Below are positions 19,601-28,616 of a stretch of DNA of 64,000 nt, piece by piece. This DNA is from an uncultured Thiomicrospira sp. GTDB lineage: Bacteria > Pseudomonadota > Gammaproteobacteria > CAKMZV01. The stretch is from the NCBI GenBank assembly GCA_965195345.1, contig OZ239628.1:1632001-1696000 (forward strand). The letters are read 5' to 3'. The notes beneath the pieces are model-generated. The model ran no database searches and was not told the DNA's origin. It saw nothing but the letters and a program-made list of their open reading frames with translations. Position 1 is the first letter of the stretch, and each line of letters begins with the position of its first letter. The translations under genes and the position numbers were made by a program.

Positions 19601-20590
19601 TCCTGTAGCAGCTTCATCGCGTATCTCTCCACCTGCTCCAGTGGCGGCTCCTGGCCAAGGTGAAATAGCCGTTGGATGATTGTGCGTCTCAACTTTTATT
19701 TGATTGTGGATAAGCGCATCTTTGTATTGATATAAGCCGTCACTCACACGCCATTGACTACTCAGCCCACCTTCAATAACCGCAGCGTTATCATCATAAG
19801 CAACGATCACACCATCGCTATTGCAAATATGAGTATTACGTATCATTGAAAACAGCGAATGCTTGCTTTGATCACCATCTATTTCCCACTTTGAATTAAA
19901 TACTTTATGTCGACAATGTTCAGAGTTAACCTGTGCAAACATCATTATTTCTGCATCGGTGGGGTTCCGCTTTAACCGTGCGAATATTTCCAGTAAGTAA
20001 TCTATTTCCGCATCATTTAATGCAAGTCCCATAGATGTATTCAACGCCTGTAAATTTGCTTTTCCATTCTGCAAAACTTCAATGCGCTTTGCATGAGAAG
20101 AACTTCCCATATTGAACCAAGAATTTGCAGATGACTCATCAAACCAAATCGACTGAACCATGCGATCGTATAGCAATGTGAATCCCTCTGAACGAGGAGG
20201 CAGTTTATGGTCTAAAAAAGAATACTGGGTACCATACTCAACACGCTCAATATTTTCAAAACCCGTAATTTTAGCGAGCTGTGTTGCTTTAGAGGACCAT
20301 GGTGAGATTGTTCCTCTTCGTGGGACTACGAGTGCATCGCCTTTTGGAATAATAAGCTTCGTTTGTTTTTTTGCATTAAGCAAAGCCTCCAAACGCTTGA
20401 GCTGCTCGCATTCAAAAGGTTCTGAGGCAATTACAAAATAACAAGGAGTCGCATTGATGTTCAACGAGCCATGCCCAAAGCGAACTAACTCTTTTTCTAT
20501 TCTTTTTAACTGATTGGTATGAGAGTATGGGGATCCTTTAAAAAAAAACACCACTCCTTGAACAGTTTTTTCTTCAATTCCGATGTTCAA
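16688..20590 (-). CDS. purL: Phosphoribosylformylglycinamidine synthase (large-type PurL)
   Basis: NSEHCRHK, KVETHNHPT, HDVGAGG, glutaminase GACNGCQML and MPHPER motifs. The true start may be a GTG at 20554/20551 behind AGGAG. Confidence 0.97.
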   Translation of the reverse strand: MNIGIEEKTVQGVVFFFKGSPYSHTNQLKRIEKELVRFGHGSLNINATPCYFVIASEPFECEQLKRLEALLNAKKQTKLIIPKGDALVVPRRGTISPWSSKATQLAKITGFENIERVEYGTQYSFLDHKLPPRSEGFTLLYDRMVQSIWFDESSANSWFNMGSSSHAKRIEVLQNGKANLQALNTSMGLALNDAEIDYLLEIFARLKRNPTDAEIMMFAQVNSEHCRHKVFNSKWEIDGDQSKHSLFSMIRNTHICNSDGVIVAYDDNAAVIEGGLSSQWRVSDGLYQYKDALIHNQIKVETHNHPTAISPWPGAATGAGGEIRDEAATGRGSTPKAGLVGFSVSSLNIPNAEKSWEYNFGKPTHTASAFEIMMQAPVGAARYNNEFGRPCICGYFRAWQAKVKNAEDEISYLGYHKPIMLAGGLGNISGEQVEKIAFPAESCLIVLGGAAQLIGMGGGANSSYSSGKKDESLDFASVQRDNPEMQRRCQEVINRCSWMEDKNPILSIHDVGAGGLSNAFPELIHDAGRGGTIQLRDVLVDDSEMSAAEIWCNESQERYVLAIDAKSLGVFQEICQRERCPYSVVGKADDSNQLVVNDALFEDAVVDMPLSDLLGNPPQYKRIEKRSNNKKQKLDFSSVDLHTLVHAVLAHPVVADKTFLITIGDRSVGGLVVQDQMVGPWQVPVSDYALTLRDYKGFAGEAMAIGERTPLAAIDSAASARIAVGECITNLLGAPIAKLGDIKLSANWMAAINHCSDSVALFDAVKAIGIELCPELGVAIPVGKDSMSMEQQWVEENVKKKVSSPVSLIISGFACVKDVRSYVGPQLVDDLESNLWLIDLGKKRLGCSVLAEVTGQLGDETPDLDTPSTLINLHSFINRLRSDGLLMSLHDRSDGGLIATVVEMAFAGNVGLEITLETEELVDTLFNEELGVVFQVAKNKQSVINELSKKYDLELLISNIGNISSDRNVVVSNRGTKVFEESLTVLRRSWSSVSFEMSVRRDNADCAKQQYDACCQLDNLGLSPALTFDPNTVFNINTNALPKVAILREQGVNGQSEMAAAFHAAGFACVDAHMSDLLSGSKILQECVGLAVCGGFSYGDVLGAGQGWAKSILYNQKVLSEFELFFNRLTTFTFGACNGCQMLTQLKQIIPGADHWATFRRNQSEQFEARLSMVCIPPNPSVMMNGMVGSKIMIPIAHGEGRAQFDSEADLEKAKQKQIITMQYVDHQGREAEEYPANPNGSELGITGLTTEDGRVLICMPHPERVFRSINYSWCPKEWNDQNASAPWLRLFQNARMFVS

Positions 20591-20784
20591 TTTTGAGGGA
20601 TTTGTAGTTCGGGCGGGATAGCTAATTTTTCTAGTTGTTGCGCATGAATATCACACTCACTTTCCATTCCGAGCGTTGAACAGCCTGCTAAAAAAAGCAC
20701 AAGAAATAGACCATTCAATCGAATAATTTTTTTGCCTGTTTTTATTGTTTCCGCTGTCATTATTCTCATGGTTATTCTCTCCAC
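20587..20784 (-). CDS. Small lipoprotein, possible minimal or truncated BamC (NlpB)
   Basis: Lipobox LAGC; mature part ends ...AQQLEKLAIPPELQIPQN; lies directly behind dapA where bamC usually sits; TGA overlaps the purL ATG. Confidence 0.6.
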   Translation of the reverse strand: MERITMRIMTAETIKTGKKIIRLNGLFLVLFLAGCSTLGMESECDIHAQQLEKLAIPPELQIPQN

Positions 20785-21662
20785 TATAGCACTCCTGCTT
20801 GAGTCATTGCTTGCGCCACCTGATTATGGTATTGGGGTTCTAAATCAATTAACGGCAAACGCAGTGTGCCTCCACAAATCCCTAACTTCGATAATGCCCA
20901 TTTGACTGGTATAGGGTTTGACTGACAAAATAATTCTGTATGCAAACCCTGTAATTGGTCGTTAACTGCCTCAGCCTGTTTCCATTGTTTTTTAAGCGCA
21001 AAATCATAAAGCTCATAATTCAATCGTGGGGCTACATTACCAGTAACGGATATGCCTCCAGCTCCACCTAACTTCATAAACTCATACGCAGTACCATCAT
21101 CGCCCGTCCAATACAAAAAATCAGAATCAGTAACCAATTGTTGAATTTCCTGCAATCGCTTCATCGAACCTGTTGCTTCTTTGATTCCGATGATATTTGA
21201 AATTTTTGATAGTCGAGCAACAGTATCTGGAAGAATGTCTGTGACTGTGCGACCAGGAACATTATATAAAATCTGAGGAATATCAACGGCATCAGCGATT
21301 GTTTTAAAGTGTTGATAGAGCCCCTCTTGAGGAGGTTTATTATAATAAGGCGCAACCAAAAGACATGCATCTGCTCCATCATTTTTAGCATTTTTAGTTA
21401 ATTCAAGCGCTTCAACTGTAGAATTACCGCCCGTTCCTGCAATAATGGGTATACGCCCATTAACCACTTCTATAGACCGACGAATGACGGCGCGATGCTC
21501 ACCAAAATCGAGCGTTGCCGACTCCCCTGTTGTTCCTACAATAACCAACCCATTTGTACCCTGACTAATATGCCACTCCAGCAGTAAATCCAATGCGGAA
21601 TAATCAACACTAGTATCAGACAACATAGGGGTTACTAAAGCAACTATCGATCCTTTAAACAT
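20784..21662 (-). CDS. dapA: 4-hydroxy-tetrahydrodipicolinate synthase
   Basis: GTTGES, PYYNKP, YNVPGRT, GIKEA (Schiff-base Lys) and NPIPVK motifs. Confidence 0.97.
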   Translation of the reverse strand: MFKGSIVALVTPMLSDTSVDYSALDLLLEWHISQGTNGLVIVGTTGESATLDFGEHRAVIRRSIEVVNGRIPIIAGTGGNSTVEALELTKNAKNDGADACLLVAPYYNKPPQEGLYQHFKTIADAVDIPQILYNVPGRTVTDILPDTVARLSKISNIIGIKEATGSMKRLQEIQQLVTDSDFLYWTGDDGTAYEFMKLGGAGGISVTGNVAPRLNYELYDFALKKQWKQAEAVNDQLQGLHTELFCQSNPIPVKWALSKLGICGGTLRLPLIDLEPQYHNQVAQAMTQAGVL

Positions 21663-21696
21663 GGGTTCTTTACGTATGAAAATGAATAATCTTCTA

Positions 21697-21705
21697 ATTT
21701 TAACA
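21697..21705 (-). promoter_or_regulatory. Extended -10 promoter upstream of dapA
   Basis: Minus strand reads TG-T-TAAAAT about 35 nt upstream of the dapA ATG. Confidence 0.45.
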
Positions 21706-21743
21706 CGAGAATAAAAATGCGATATTCTAAGTTGGTAGTGGCG

Positions 21744-23114
21744 TCAGCTTTTTTTCAAATACTGTAAGGCTTGCTGAATATGCTTTACAGCTATTAATTC
21801 GACACCCTCAACAGCATTTCTAGGCACGTTTGAACTTGCTAATATGATTGTTTTAAATCCTTGCTTGCTTGCTTCGCGGATACGTTGATCACCATTGGGT
21901 ACAGGTCGTATTTCACCTGATAAACCTATTTCACCAAATGCAGCTATTTCAGGGCCGATTGGGCTATCAATTATTGACGAAGAAACGGCTAAGAGCAGAG
22001 GCAAGTCAATACTAGGTTCTTGCAACTTTATGCCGCCCGGCACATTCACGTAGACATCTTGACCATTGCAAGAAATTTTTCCGTGTTTATTCAAAATCGT
22101 TAATAACATATTCATACGCTGGCTGTCAGGTCCCACAGCAACACGTCTTGGCATGCCTGTTTGATTTTCATCTACAAGCGCTTGTATTTCAAGTAACAAC
22201 GAACGAGAGCCTTCAACAGCAATTGTTACAATGCTGCCAGAACCGTTCTTTACTCTGTCAGTTAGAAATATCGAAGAAGGATTTTTCACTTGCTTCAAAC
22301 CACTTTCGGTCATAGCAAAAACCCCTAATTCATTGATGCATCCAAAGCGATTTTTGAATGCGCGAATCACTCTAAACCGACCGTACTGCTCGCCTTCAAA
22401 ATATAGAACAGTATCGACCATATGCTCCAACACTCGTGGTCCAGCTATCGTACCTTCTTTGGTTACATGCCCCACAATAAATATACTCATACCCGTGTTT
22501 TTAGCCATGCGTACTAATCGAGCACAACATTCACGCACCTGTGACACTGATCCTTGAGCCGAATCGATATTGGAGGAATATATTGTTTGAATTGAATCAA
22601 TGATAAGTAGTTTGCATTGGCGTTGCATCACGACCAACTCAATGTCTTCCAGCACATTTGAGCTGTATAGCCAAAGTGAATCCAATTTCAAATTCAAACG
22701 CGCCGCTCGCACGCTAATTTGAGACATTGATTCTTCTCCACTAGCGTACATGACCGTTAATGTGCTACCCATATTTGCCGCTACTTGAGTTAGCAGGGTT
22801 GATTTGCCGATACCAGGATCCCCCCCAACCAGAACGACCGAACCTTGAACTAATCCACCACCAAGAACACGATCAAGTTCTTTAGACCCAGTAGTTTGTC
22901 GTTGCCATTGATCTGCTGTAATCTCACTGGCTAGCAATGGCTCTTGAGTCGCTACTTCAACAGCGCTTGCTATAGGTTCTTTAAATTTCTTTGACCCCGT
23001 TACTCGCGTGCTCTCTGTTAAGGTATTCCATTCTCCACAATCAGGACATTGCCCACTCCAACGAGACTGTTCGTTCCCGCAATCCTTACAAAAAAATAAA
23101 TTTTTACTCACCAC
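21744..23114 (-). CDS. radA: DNA repair protein RadA/Sms
   Basis: C4 zinc finger, Walker A GDPGIGKST, KNRFG motif and Lon-like C-terminus. Confidence 0.97.
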   Translation of the reverse strand: MVSKNLFFCKDCGNEQSRWSGQCPDCGEWNTLTESTRVTGSKKFKEPIASAVEVATQEPLLASEITADQWQRQTTGSKELDRVLGGGLVQGSVVLVGGDPGIGKSTLLTQVAANMGSTLTVMYASGEESMSQISVRAARLNLKLDSLWLYSSNVLEDIELVVMQRQCKLLIIDSIQTIYSSNIDSAQGSVSQVRECCARLVRMAKNTGMSIFIVGHVTKEGTIAGPRVLEHMVDTVLYFEGEQYGRFRVIRAFKNRFGCINELGVFAMTESGLKQVKNPSSIFLTDRVKNGSGSIVTIAVEGSRSLLLEIQALVDENQTGMPRRVAVGPDSQRMNMLLTILNKHGKISCNGQDVYVNVPGGIKLQEPSIDLPLLLAVSSSIIDSPIGPEIAAFGEIGLSGEIRPVPNGDQRIREASKQGFKTIILASSNVPRNAVEGVELIAVKHIQQALQYLKKS

Positions 23115-23367
23115 AAGTTTTTTTGAAAATCGATTCCAACGTTACCTCAGATGCATAAACTATCCCACTTTCACTTGGTCCTTCAAACGTGATCGTGTTA
23201 GGATTAACTGGATCGTCAACCTGAATCTGTGCATCTCCACCCTCTGCACACTGAATACGAAAATAATAAATTCCGTTCTCATTGCAAGGAAAACAGCTGA
23301 AGCTCTCTTGATATGCCCAACTACTTGTAACCATCATTACTAATAAGAACAATAATTTTTTAATCAT
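23104..23367 (-). CDS. Small secreted hypothetical protein with 4 Cys
   Basis: Signal peptide MIKKLLFLLVMMVTSSWA, upstream purine-rich GAGAGGGAAG, 11-nt overlap with radA. Confidence 0.65.
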   Translation of the reverse strand: MIKKLLFLLVMMVTSSWAYQESFSCFPCNENGIYYFRIQCAEGGDAQIQVDDPVNPNTITFEGPSESGIVYASEVTLESIFKKTCGE

Positions 23368-23504
23368 TACTTCCCTCTCTCTTAATCAGATATTTCACAA
23401 ATGCCTTGCAAACAACCATTGTTGCATTTTAGCCTGCATTCATCGACCATGTGTCCTTTCCAAACGTGAAAAGTCGTTACATGCGTTTGCTTTAAATAAA
23501 ATAA

Positions 23505-24629
23505 TCACCTTTTCTTCAAGACAACGCCCATCTCAACGTGATTTGTGTAAGGAAATTGATCAAAAATCGCCAACGAAACTATATTGAAACAATCACCCCA
23601 AGCCTCTAAGTCTTTAATCGCCTCATTGGGATTGCAGGAAAAATAAATTACATTATTAAATTCTTTTGCAAATTCGCGACAAAAAGAATTCAAACCGTTG
23701 CGTGGTGGATCAAGCAGCAGCCATTGAAAATCATATTCAGCTATTTCAATGCCCTTTAATCGATTAAAAAGTCGCTCACCTTTTAAGGCTTGAGCGGTTT
23801 CTAAATCCGACAAACGAACAACTGAGACTGTATTAATATTATTAACACTAAGATTATGTTTACACAGTGCAACAGCACTACGGGTTAATTCCGTTGCTAA
23901 TATTTTGCGAAAGCGAAAGGCTAAAGAGCATGTGAAATTACCAATGCCACAATACAATTCTAATAAATCTCCAGGATTTTCCGGAATGAACGTTTGAACC
24001 CAATTCAACATGTCAACATTAATATAAGGATTGGGTTGTGAAAAACTAATATCGTCTTGGCGCAAAATAATTTTTCTTTGTTTATTCTTATGATTTACGA
24101 TGTATTGATCGTCTATATAACTATTCCCTATAACACGCTGTATTTTGCGTGAACGACCAATAATATGGGCGTCCAGCGCTTCTGCAAGAGATCTAGCTTG
24201 CTCATCCCAAGTTTCATTGATTTGACGATGATACAGTAGGCTGATTAAACATTCTCCCTGTAAGGTAGCCCTCCAATCAACTTGAAATAAGCGATTAGCA
24301 AGCGTTGGATTGTTTTTCACAATTTCCAAAAACAAAGGCATTCGCTGGTATATAGGCAAAATAACAGTAGGACAATGATTTATTTCAATCGGTTGTTTCT
24401 GTTCATCATAGACTAACCAAGCAAGCGGATTAGTACCTATTGAGAACTCAATTCGACCTCGAAAGTACTGTTTAGGAGAAGAAAATTTTTGTATATCAAC
24501 ATGCTTGTTTAACGGCTCTTTCAGTTGAGTACTTAATTGTCGTTTAATATTTCGACATTTATTCGAAAACAGTTGCTCATAACTTTCAGGATAAGTTTGA
24601 CATGGAATGCTATTGATTTTTTTCATCAT
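23505..24629 (-). CDS. trmA: tRNA/tmRNA (uridine54-C5)-methyltransferase
   Basis: LLELYCGIGNF, LLDPPRNG, YFSCNP and DQFPYTNHVE motifs. Start reassigned to ATG 24629 (or 24626); the track's extension to 24869 is antisense to nnr. Confidence 0.92.
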   Translation of the reverse strand: MMKKINSIPCQTYPESYEQLFSNKCRNIKRQLSTQLKEPLNKHVDIQKFSSPKQYFRGRIEFSIGTNPLAWLVYDEQKQPIEINHCPTVILPIYQRMPLFLEIVKNNPTLANRLFQVDWRATLQGECLISLLYHRQINETWDEQARSLAEALDAHIIGRSRKIQRVIGNSYIDDQYIVNHKNKQRKIILRQDDISFSQPNPYINVDMLNWVQTFIPENPGDLLELYCGIGNFTCSLAFRFRKILATELTRSAVALCKHNLSVNNINTVSVVRLSDLETAQALKGERLFNRLKGIEIAEYDFQWLLLDPPRNGLNSFCREFAKEFNNVIYFSCNPNEAIKDLEAWGDCFNIVSLAIFDQFPYTNHVEMGVVLKKR

Positions 24630-24652
24630 GCATCTTATTTTATAATGCCAGC
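24630..24652. promoter_or_regulatory. Putative bidirectional promoter (overlapping -10 hexamers) between trmA and nnr
   Basis: Plus strand: TATAAT at 24641-24646, 6 nt before the nnr ATG. Minus strand: TAAAAT at 24642-24637, 7 nt before the trmA ATG. Confidence 0.55.
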
Positions 24653-26110
24653 ATGAACTATCGTTTAACAAATTTACCTGAGCATCACGCACAATGCTTT
24701 GATTTGGCAACAATTCGTCGAATTGACAATTACGCTTTGACCGAGTTAGCCTTACCATTAATGGAAAATGCTGGGAAAGCCGCTGCACAACTGTTGATCG
24801 AGCAATTGCCTCATGCTGAAAAAATCGCTGTTTTTGCTGGTTCAGGAAACAATGGCGGTGATGCGTCAATATGCGCTTGCCACTTAATCAAAGCGGGCAA
24901 AGAAGTACAATTTTTTTTCACGACCCCGCCTAAAAGAAAGGAAGCGCTTTGTGCTTGGGAAGGACTGCTTAAAATTTCAAACTCTGCACCAAATAATCTT
25001 GATTCTTTGCCAGAAATGGAAACGTTTGATTGTGTAGTGGATGGGCTATTGGGAAGCGGATTACAAGATAATATTACTAAAAAGATGTATGAAATCATCG
25101 AACATATTAATAGTACAAATCTACCTTGCCTATCTTTAGATGTTCCTTCAGGGTTAAACGCTTCTACTGGCAAAGCCCAATCCATAGCCATTAAGTCCAA
25201 ATTTACATTAACCTTTGTTGGCCTTAAAAAAGGACTATTCTGCAACGATGGACGTGATGTATGTGGAGAGATATTTTTCAATCCTCTTGGCATTCCTAAA
25301 CATGTATATTCTAAATTCGAACCTGAAATACAACTGGCAACACGCCTCCCTTTTCTCCCTCGCAATCATAATAGCCACAAGAATTGTTATGGGCGCGTGA
25401 ATATTATCGGGGGACAGCCGTCCATGTCAGGTGCTGTAATAATGGCAGCAGAGGCAGCCATGCGCTGTGGCGTTGGGGCTGTTATCGTGACAACACATGA
25501 AAACCATGCTTCTTTTTTGAGCACAGCTCTTCCTGAAGCCATGTTCGACGTTGCATTGTGTTCTCAAGCAAACATTCGTCTTGTTGGTCCTGGGTTGGGA
25601 AAAAGTAATTGGTCAAAAAATTTATTCAAAATCTCCATCAAAGAATCTATAGAAAAAAACCATCCTATCCTTGTCGATGCGGATGGGTTACGACTGCTTG
25701 CAAACAACCATCTTCACTACGACAAATGGGTGCTAACACCCCATCCTGGAGAAGCTGCAAGCTTACTTGACACAGACATTTCCAGCATTGAAGCAGATCG
25801 CGTCCAATCAGCAAAGAAAATAGCCTTGAAATACGGTGGCGTTGTTGTATTGAAAGGCAGCGCCACCGTCATAGCAACCGAAACCGACTGCAGCATATGT
25901 CCTTTTGGCAATCCAGCAATGGCAAGTGCTGGAATGGGCGATGTGCTCTCTGGAATTATTGCCGCTTTAATCGGTCAAAATACCACTTTATACAATGCAG
26001 CTCAACAAGGCGTTGCTATTCATGCATACACTGGAGATAAGCTGTTGTATAAAAAAGGTTGGGGATTGCAAGCAACTGATATCGTAGAGGCGCTATTCAT
26101 AAATGGATAG
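24653..26110 (+). CDS. nnr: Bifunctional NAD(P)HX epimerase/dehydratase
   Basis: LMENAG, GSGNNGGD and DVPSG (YjeF-N); HKNCYG, VDADG, LTPHPGEAA, VLKG and MASAGMGDVLSG (dehydratase). Confidence 0.95.
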   Translation: MNYRLTNLPEHHAQCFDLATIRRIDNYALTELALPLMENAGKAAAQLLIEQLPHAEKIAVFAGSGNNGGDASICACHLIKAGKEVQFFFTTPPKRKEALCAWEGLLKISNSAPNNLDSLPEMETFDCVVDGLLGSGLQDNITKKMYEIIEHINSTNLPCLSLDVPSGLNASTGKAQSIAIKSKFTLTFVGLKKGLFCNDGRDVCGEIFFNPLGIPKHVYSKFEPEIQLATRLPFLPRNHNSHKNCYGRVNIIGGQPSMSGAVIMAAEAAMRCGVGAVIVTTHENHASFLSTALPEAMFDVALCSQANIRLVGPGLGKSNWSKNLFKISIKESIEKNHPILVDADGLRLLANNHLHYDKWVLTPHPGEAASLLDTDISSIEADRVQSAKKIALKYGGVVVLKGSATVIATETDCSICPFGNPAMASAGMGDVLSGIIAALIGQNTTLYNAAQQGVAIHAYTGDKLLYKKGWGLQATDIVEALFING

Positions 26111-26128
26111 CGTACAATACGCCCCGGT

Positions 26129-27019
26129 ATGTCCTTATCTATTTCTAACACTTTTTCTGATTGGTTGAATGAGCGTAGCGTCCGTTTTTCGGACTACTTT
26201 ACCTCTGTATTACCCAATAGTGATTACAACATATTACACAGAGCCATAAGATACTCAGCGCTCGGAGGAGGAAAGTGCTTACGCCCTGCTTTAATTTATG
26301 GATGTGCTGAGGAATTAGGAATTGACGAACATATTGACGCACTTGCTGCCTCGCTGGAAGCGGTACACGCCTACTCTCTCATCCACGACGATTTACCTGC
26401 AATGGATGATGACGATTTACGCAGAGGAAAAGCTTCGTGTCATGTCGCCTTTGGTGAAGGACAGGCAATTCTTGCGGGAGATGCCTTGCAGACATGGGCA
26501 TTTGAAAACATCGCCATGCAGTCCATTGATTCTGAAATTAAAATTGAATTAATCCTGCTTTTATCTAAAGCGATCGGCCCGAATGGCATGGCTACTGGAC
26601 AGTCCATTGACATCCAATTTGAACTTGACCATACAAATGCAAGCATTGAAAATTTGTGCGACATGCATCGCAAAAAAACAGGGTTGTTAATTCAAACCGC
26701 TATATTAATGCCGATAATCTTGACTCAACAAACCAAAATATTCCCAGCGTTAAAAAAATTTGGTGAAGACATTGGATTAGCATTTCAAATTCACGACGAC
26801 ATCCTGGATGAAACAGCAAGCACTTCTCAGCTTGGCAAACCAGCTAATAGTGACATTGACAAAGACAAGTTAACGTTTACTCGTCTATTAGGTACAGAAG
26901 AATCCATTGTTCAGCGTGACTATTATTTTAATAGTGCTTACGAATCTCTATGCGAAATCGGCTGGGAAAAATCACGCTTACTGGATCTTGCTTTGTACAT
27001 GACTCATAGATCAAACTAA
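26129..27019 (+). CDS. ispA: Farnesyl diphosphate synthase / polyprenyl synthetase
   Basis: GGKCLRP, SLIHDDLPAMDDDDLRRG, GQSID, KTG and FQIHDDILD motifs. Confidence 0.92.
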   Translation: MSLSISNTFSDWLNERSVRFSDYFTSVLPNSDYNILHRAIRYSALGGGKCLRPALIYGCAEELGIDEHIDALAASLEAVHAYSLIHDDLPAMDDDDLRRGKASCHVAFGEGQAILAGDALQTWAFENIAMQSIDSEIKIELILLLSKAIGPNGMATGQSIDIQFELDHTNASIENLCDMHRKKTGLLIQTAILMPIILTQQTKIFPALKKFGEDIGLAFQIHDDILDETASTSQLGKPANSDIDKDKLTFTRLLGTEESIVQRDYYFNSAYESLCEIGWEKSRLLDLALYMTHRSN

Positions 27020-27798
27020 TGCACATAATATTAGGCTGTCTTATTGGTGCTGTAATCGGAAGTTTGGTCAATATGCTTGCGCATCGTTTACCGATAGTAT
27101 TAGGTTGGGAAGAAAAACCATCAAAGTATACCCGCTACAACTTGTTCCTCCCCGCCTCGCATTGTCCAAAATGCATGCAATCGCTCAAGTTTTACCACAA
27201 TATCCCTATCGTTAGTTTTCTCTTATTGAAAGGTCGATGTGCTTACTGTAAGACCTCTTTTGGGTTACGCTACTTAATCGTTGAATTGCTATGTTTGTTT
27301 GCCGGAGCACTTATTGCTTGGTTGCATTCAGATTTAACATTCATGATTTTGCTTTATTTCGTTTTGACTATAACGATGGCACTCGCAGTAATCGACTGGG
27401 AAACATTAATATTACCAGACGCTTTAACAGGGTTATTGCTGTGGAGTGCTCTGCTGTTAAATGCATTTTCTATAGTGGATGACGTTGCTTTGAAAGATGC
27501 AGTGATGGGAGCTGCTCTGGGTTATTCAAGTCTTTGGTTGCTCAATCAAATCTATAAATTAATTTGCAAAATGGACGGCATAGGACAAGGCGATTTCAAA
27601 CTTCTCGCTGCTTGGGGGGCATGGTTGGGGTGGTACGCACTGCCTAATTTGATAATTATTGCTTCTTGTAGCGCGATTGCTTGGTATTTGGTATTTTCGA
27701 TAATGCATGCTAAATTTGACTTCAAAAAAATCATAGCCTTTGGCCCTTGGTTATGCCTTGGGGGATTTTCTCTTTTGTTAATTTCTCAGTTAAAATAG
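27019..27798 (+). CDS. pilD: Prepilin peptidase/N-methyltransferase
   Basis: SHCPKC and GRCAYC Cys pairs, ID...LPD, GQGDFKL and AFGPWL motifs. Confidence 0.92.
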   Translation: MHIILGCLIGAVIGSLVNMLAHRLPIVLGWEEKPSKYTRYNLFLPASHCPKCMQSLKFYHNIPIVSFLLLKGRCAYCKTSFGLRYLIVELLCLFAGALIAWLHSDLTFMILLYFVLTITMALAVIDWETLILPDALTGLLLWSALLLNAFSIVDDVALKDAVMGAALGYSSLWLLNQIYKLICKMDGIGQGDFKLLAAWGAWLGWYALPNLIIIASCSAIAWYLVFSIMHAKFDFKKIIAFGPWLCLGGFSLLLISQLK

Positions 27799-27862
27799 AC
27801 GATACTAGGAATAATTTTTCATAATTAAACTTAACTATTTCTAATGTAACACCCTTTAAAAA

Positions 27863-28615
27863 ATGAATTTAATTTATAAAAATAAAGAAGAAATCGAATG
27901 TTTGCGCCAAGCGGGTCGAATCAGCGCTGAACTGCTTGACTGGATAACCGACTATGTGCAACCTAATGTGACGACTGGATATCTTAATGATTTATTGCAC
28001 GATCGAATGACCACGGAATACAAAGTTATTCCAGCTCCGCTCAATTATCGTGGTTTTCCAAAGGCAACATGTATTTCAACAAATCACCAAGTATGCCACG
28101 GGATACCAGGAGAACGTATCCTAAAAAATGGTGACATTGTCAATATAGATATCACGGTAATTAAAGATGGCTGGCATGGCGATTGCAGCCGTATGTTTGA
28201 AGTAGGCGAGGTTTCTATCGCTGCCCGACGGTTGAATAAAGTAGCTAAAGATTGCCTTTATGCTGGCATTGAAAAGGTACGCCCTGGAGTCACATTGGGC
28301 GATCTTGGAAGGACAATTCAACGCTTAGGAGAATCTAATAGTTATAGTATCGTGCGTGAGTATTGCGGTCATGGCATAGGCAGGCATTTTCACGAAGAAC
28401 CTCAAATACTCCATTACGGTTCTCCTGGAGTAGGGTTAGTACTTGAAGAAGGTTTGACGTTCACTATAGAACCAATGCTTAATCAAGGACGCGCAGAAAC
28501 AAAACTGTTAAAAGATGGCTGGACCGTTGTTACTCGTGATCGTTCCCTCTCTGCCCAATGGGAACATACTATTGCTATCACCAATGATGGATGTGAAATC
28601 CTAACTTTATCGTAG
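27863..28615 (+). CDS. map: Methionine aminopeptidase type I
   Basis: VCHGIP, DIVNID, GDCSR, CGHGIG, FTIEPM and SAQWEHT motifs. Confidence 0.97.
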   Translation: MNLIYKNKEEIECLRQAGRISAELLDWITDYVQPNVTTGYLNDLLHDRMTTEYKVIPAPLNYRGFPKATCISTNHQVCHGIPGERILKNGDIVNIDITVIKDGWHGDCSRMFEVGEVSIAARRLNKVAKDCLYAGIEKVRPGVTLGDLGRTIQRLGESNSYSIVREYCGHGIGRHFHEEPQILHYGSPGVGLVLEEGLTFTIEPMLNQGRAETKLLKDGWTVVTRDRSLSAQWEHTIAITNDGCEILTLS

Positions 28616-28616
28616 G

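Noticed and set aside
24630-24869. 80-aa N-terminal extension of TrmA in the ORF track
   Set aside because: It is antisense to the conserved nnr N-terminus; TrmA similarity starts at MMKKINS.
24811-25365. 184-aa antisense ORF, and the many other 60-126 aa shadow ORFs
   Set aside because: They lie within well-supported genes (opposite strand or alternate frame) and show no recognisable motifs.
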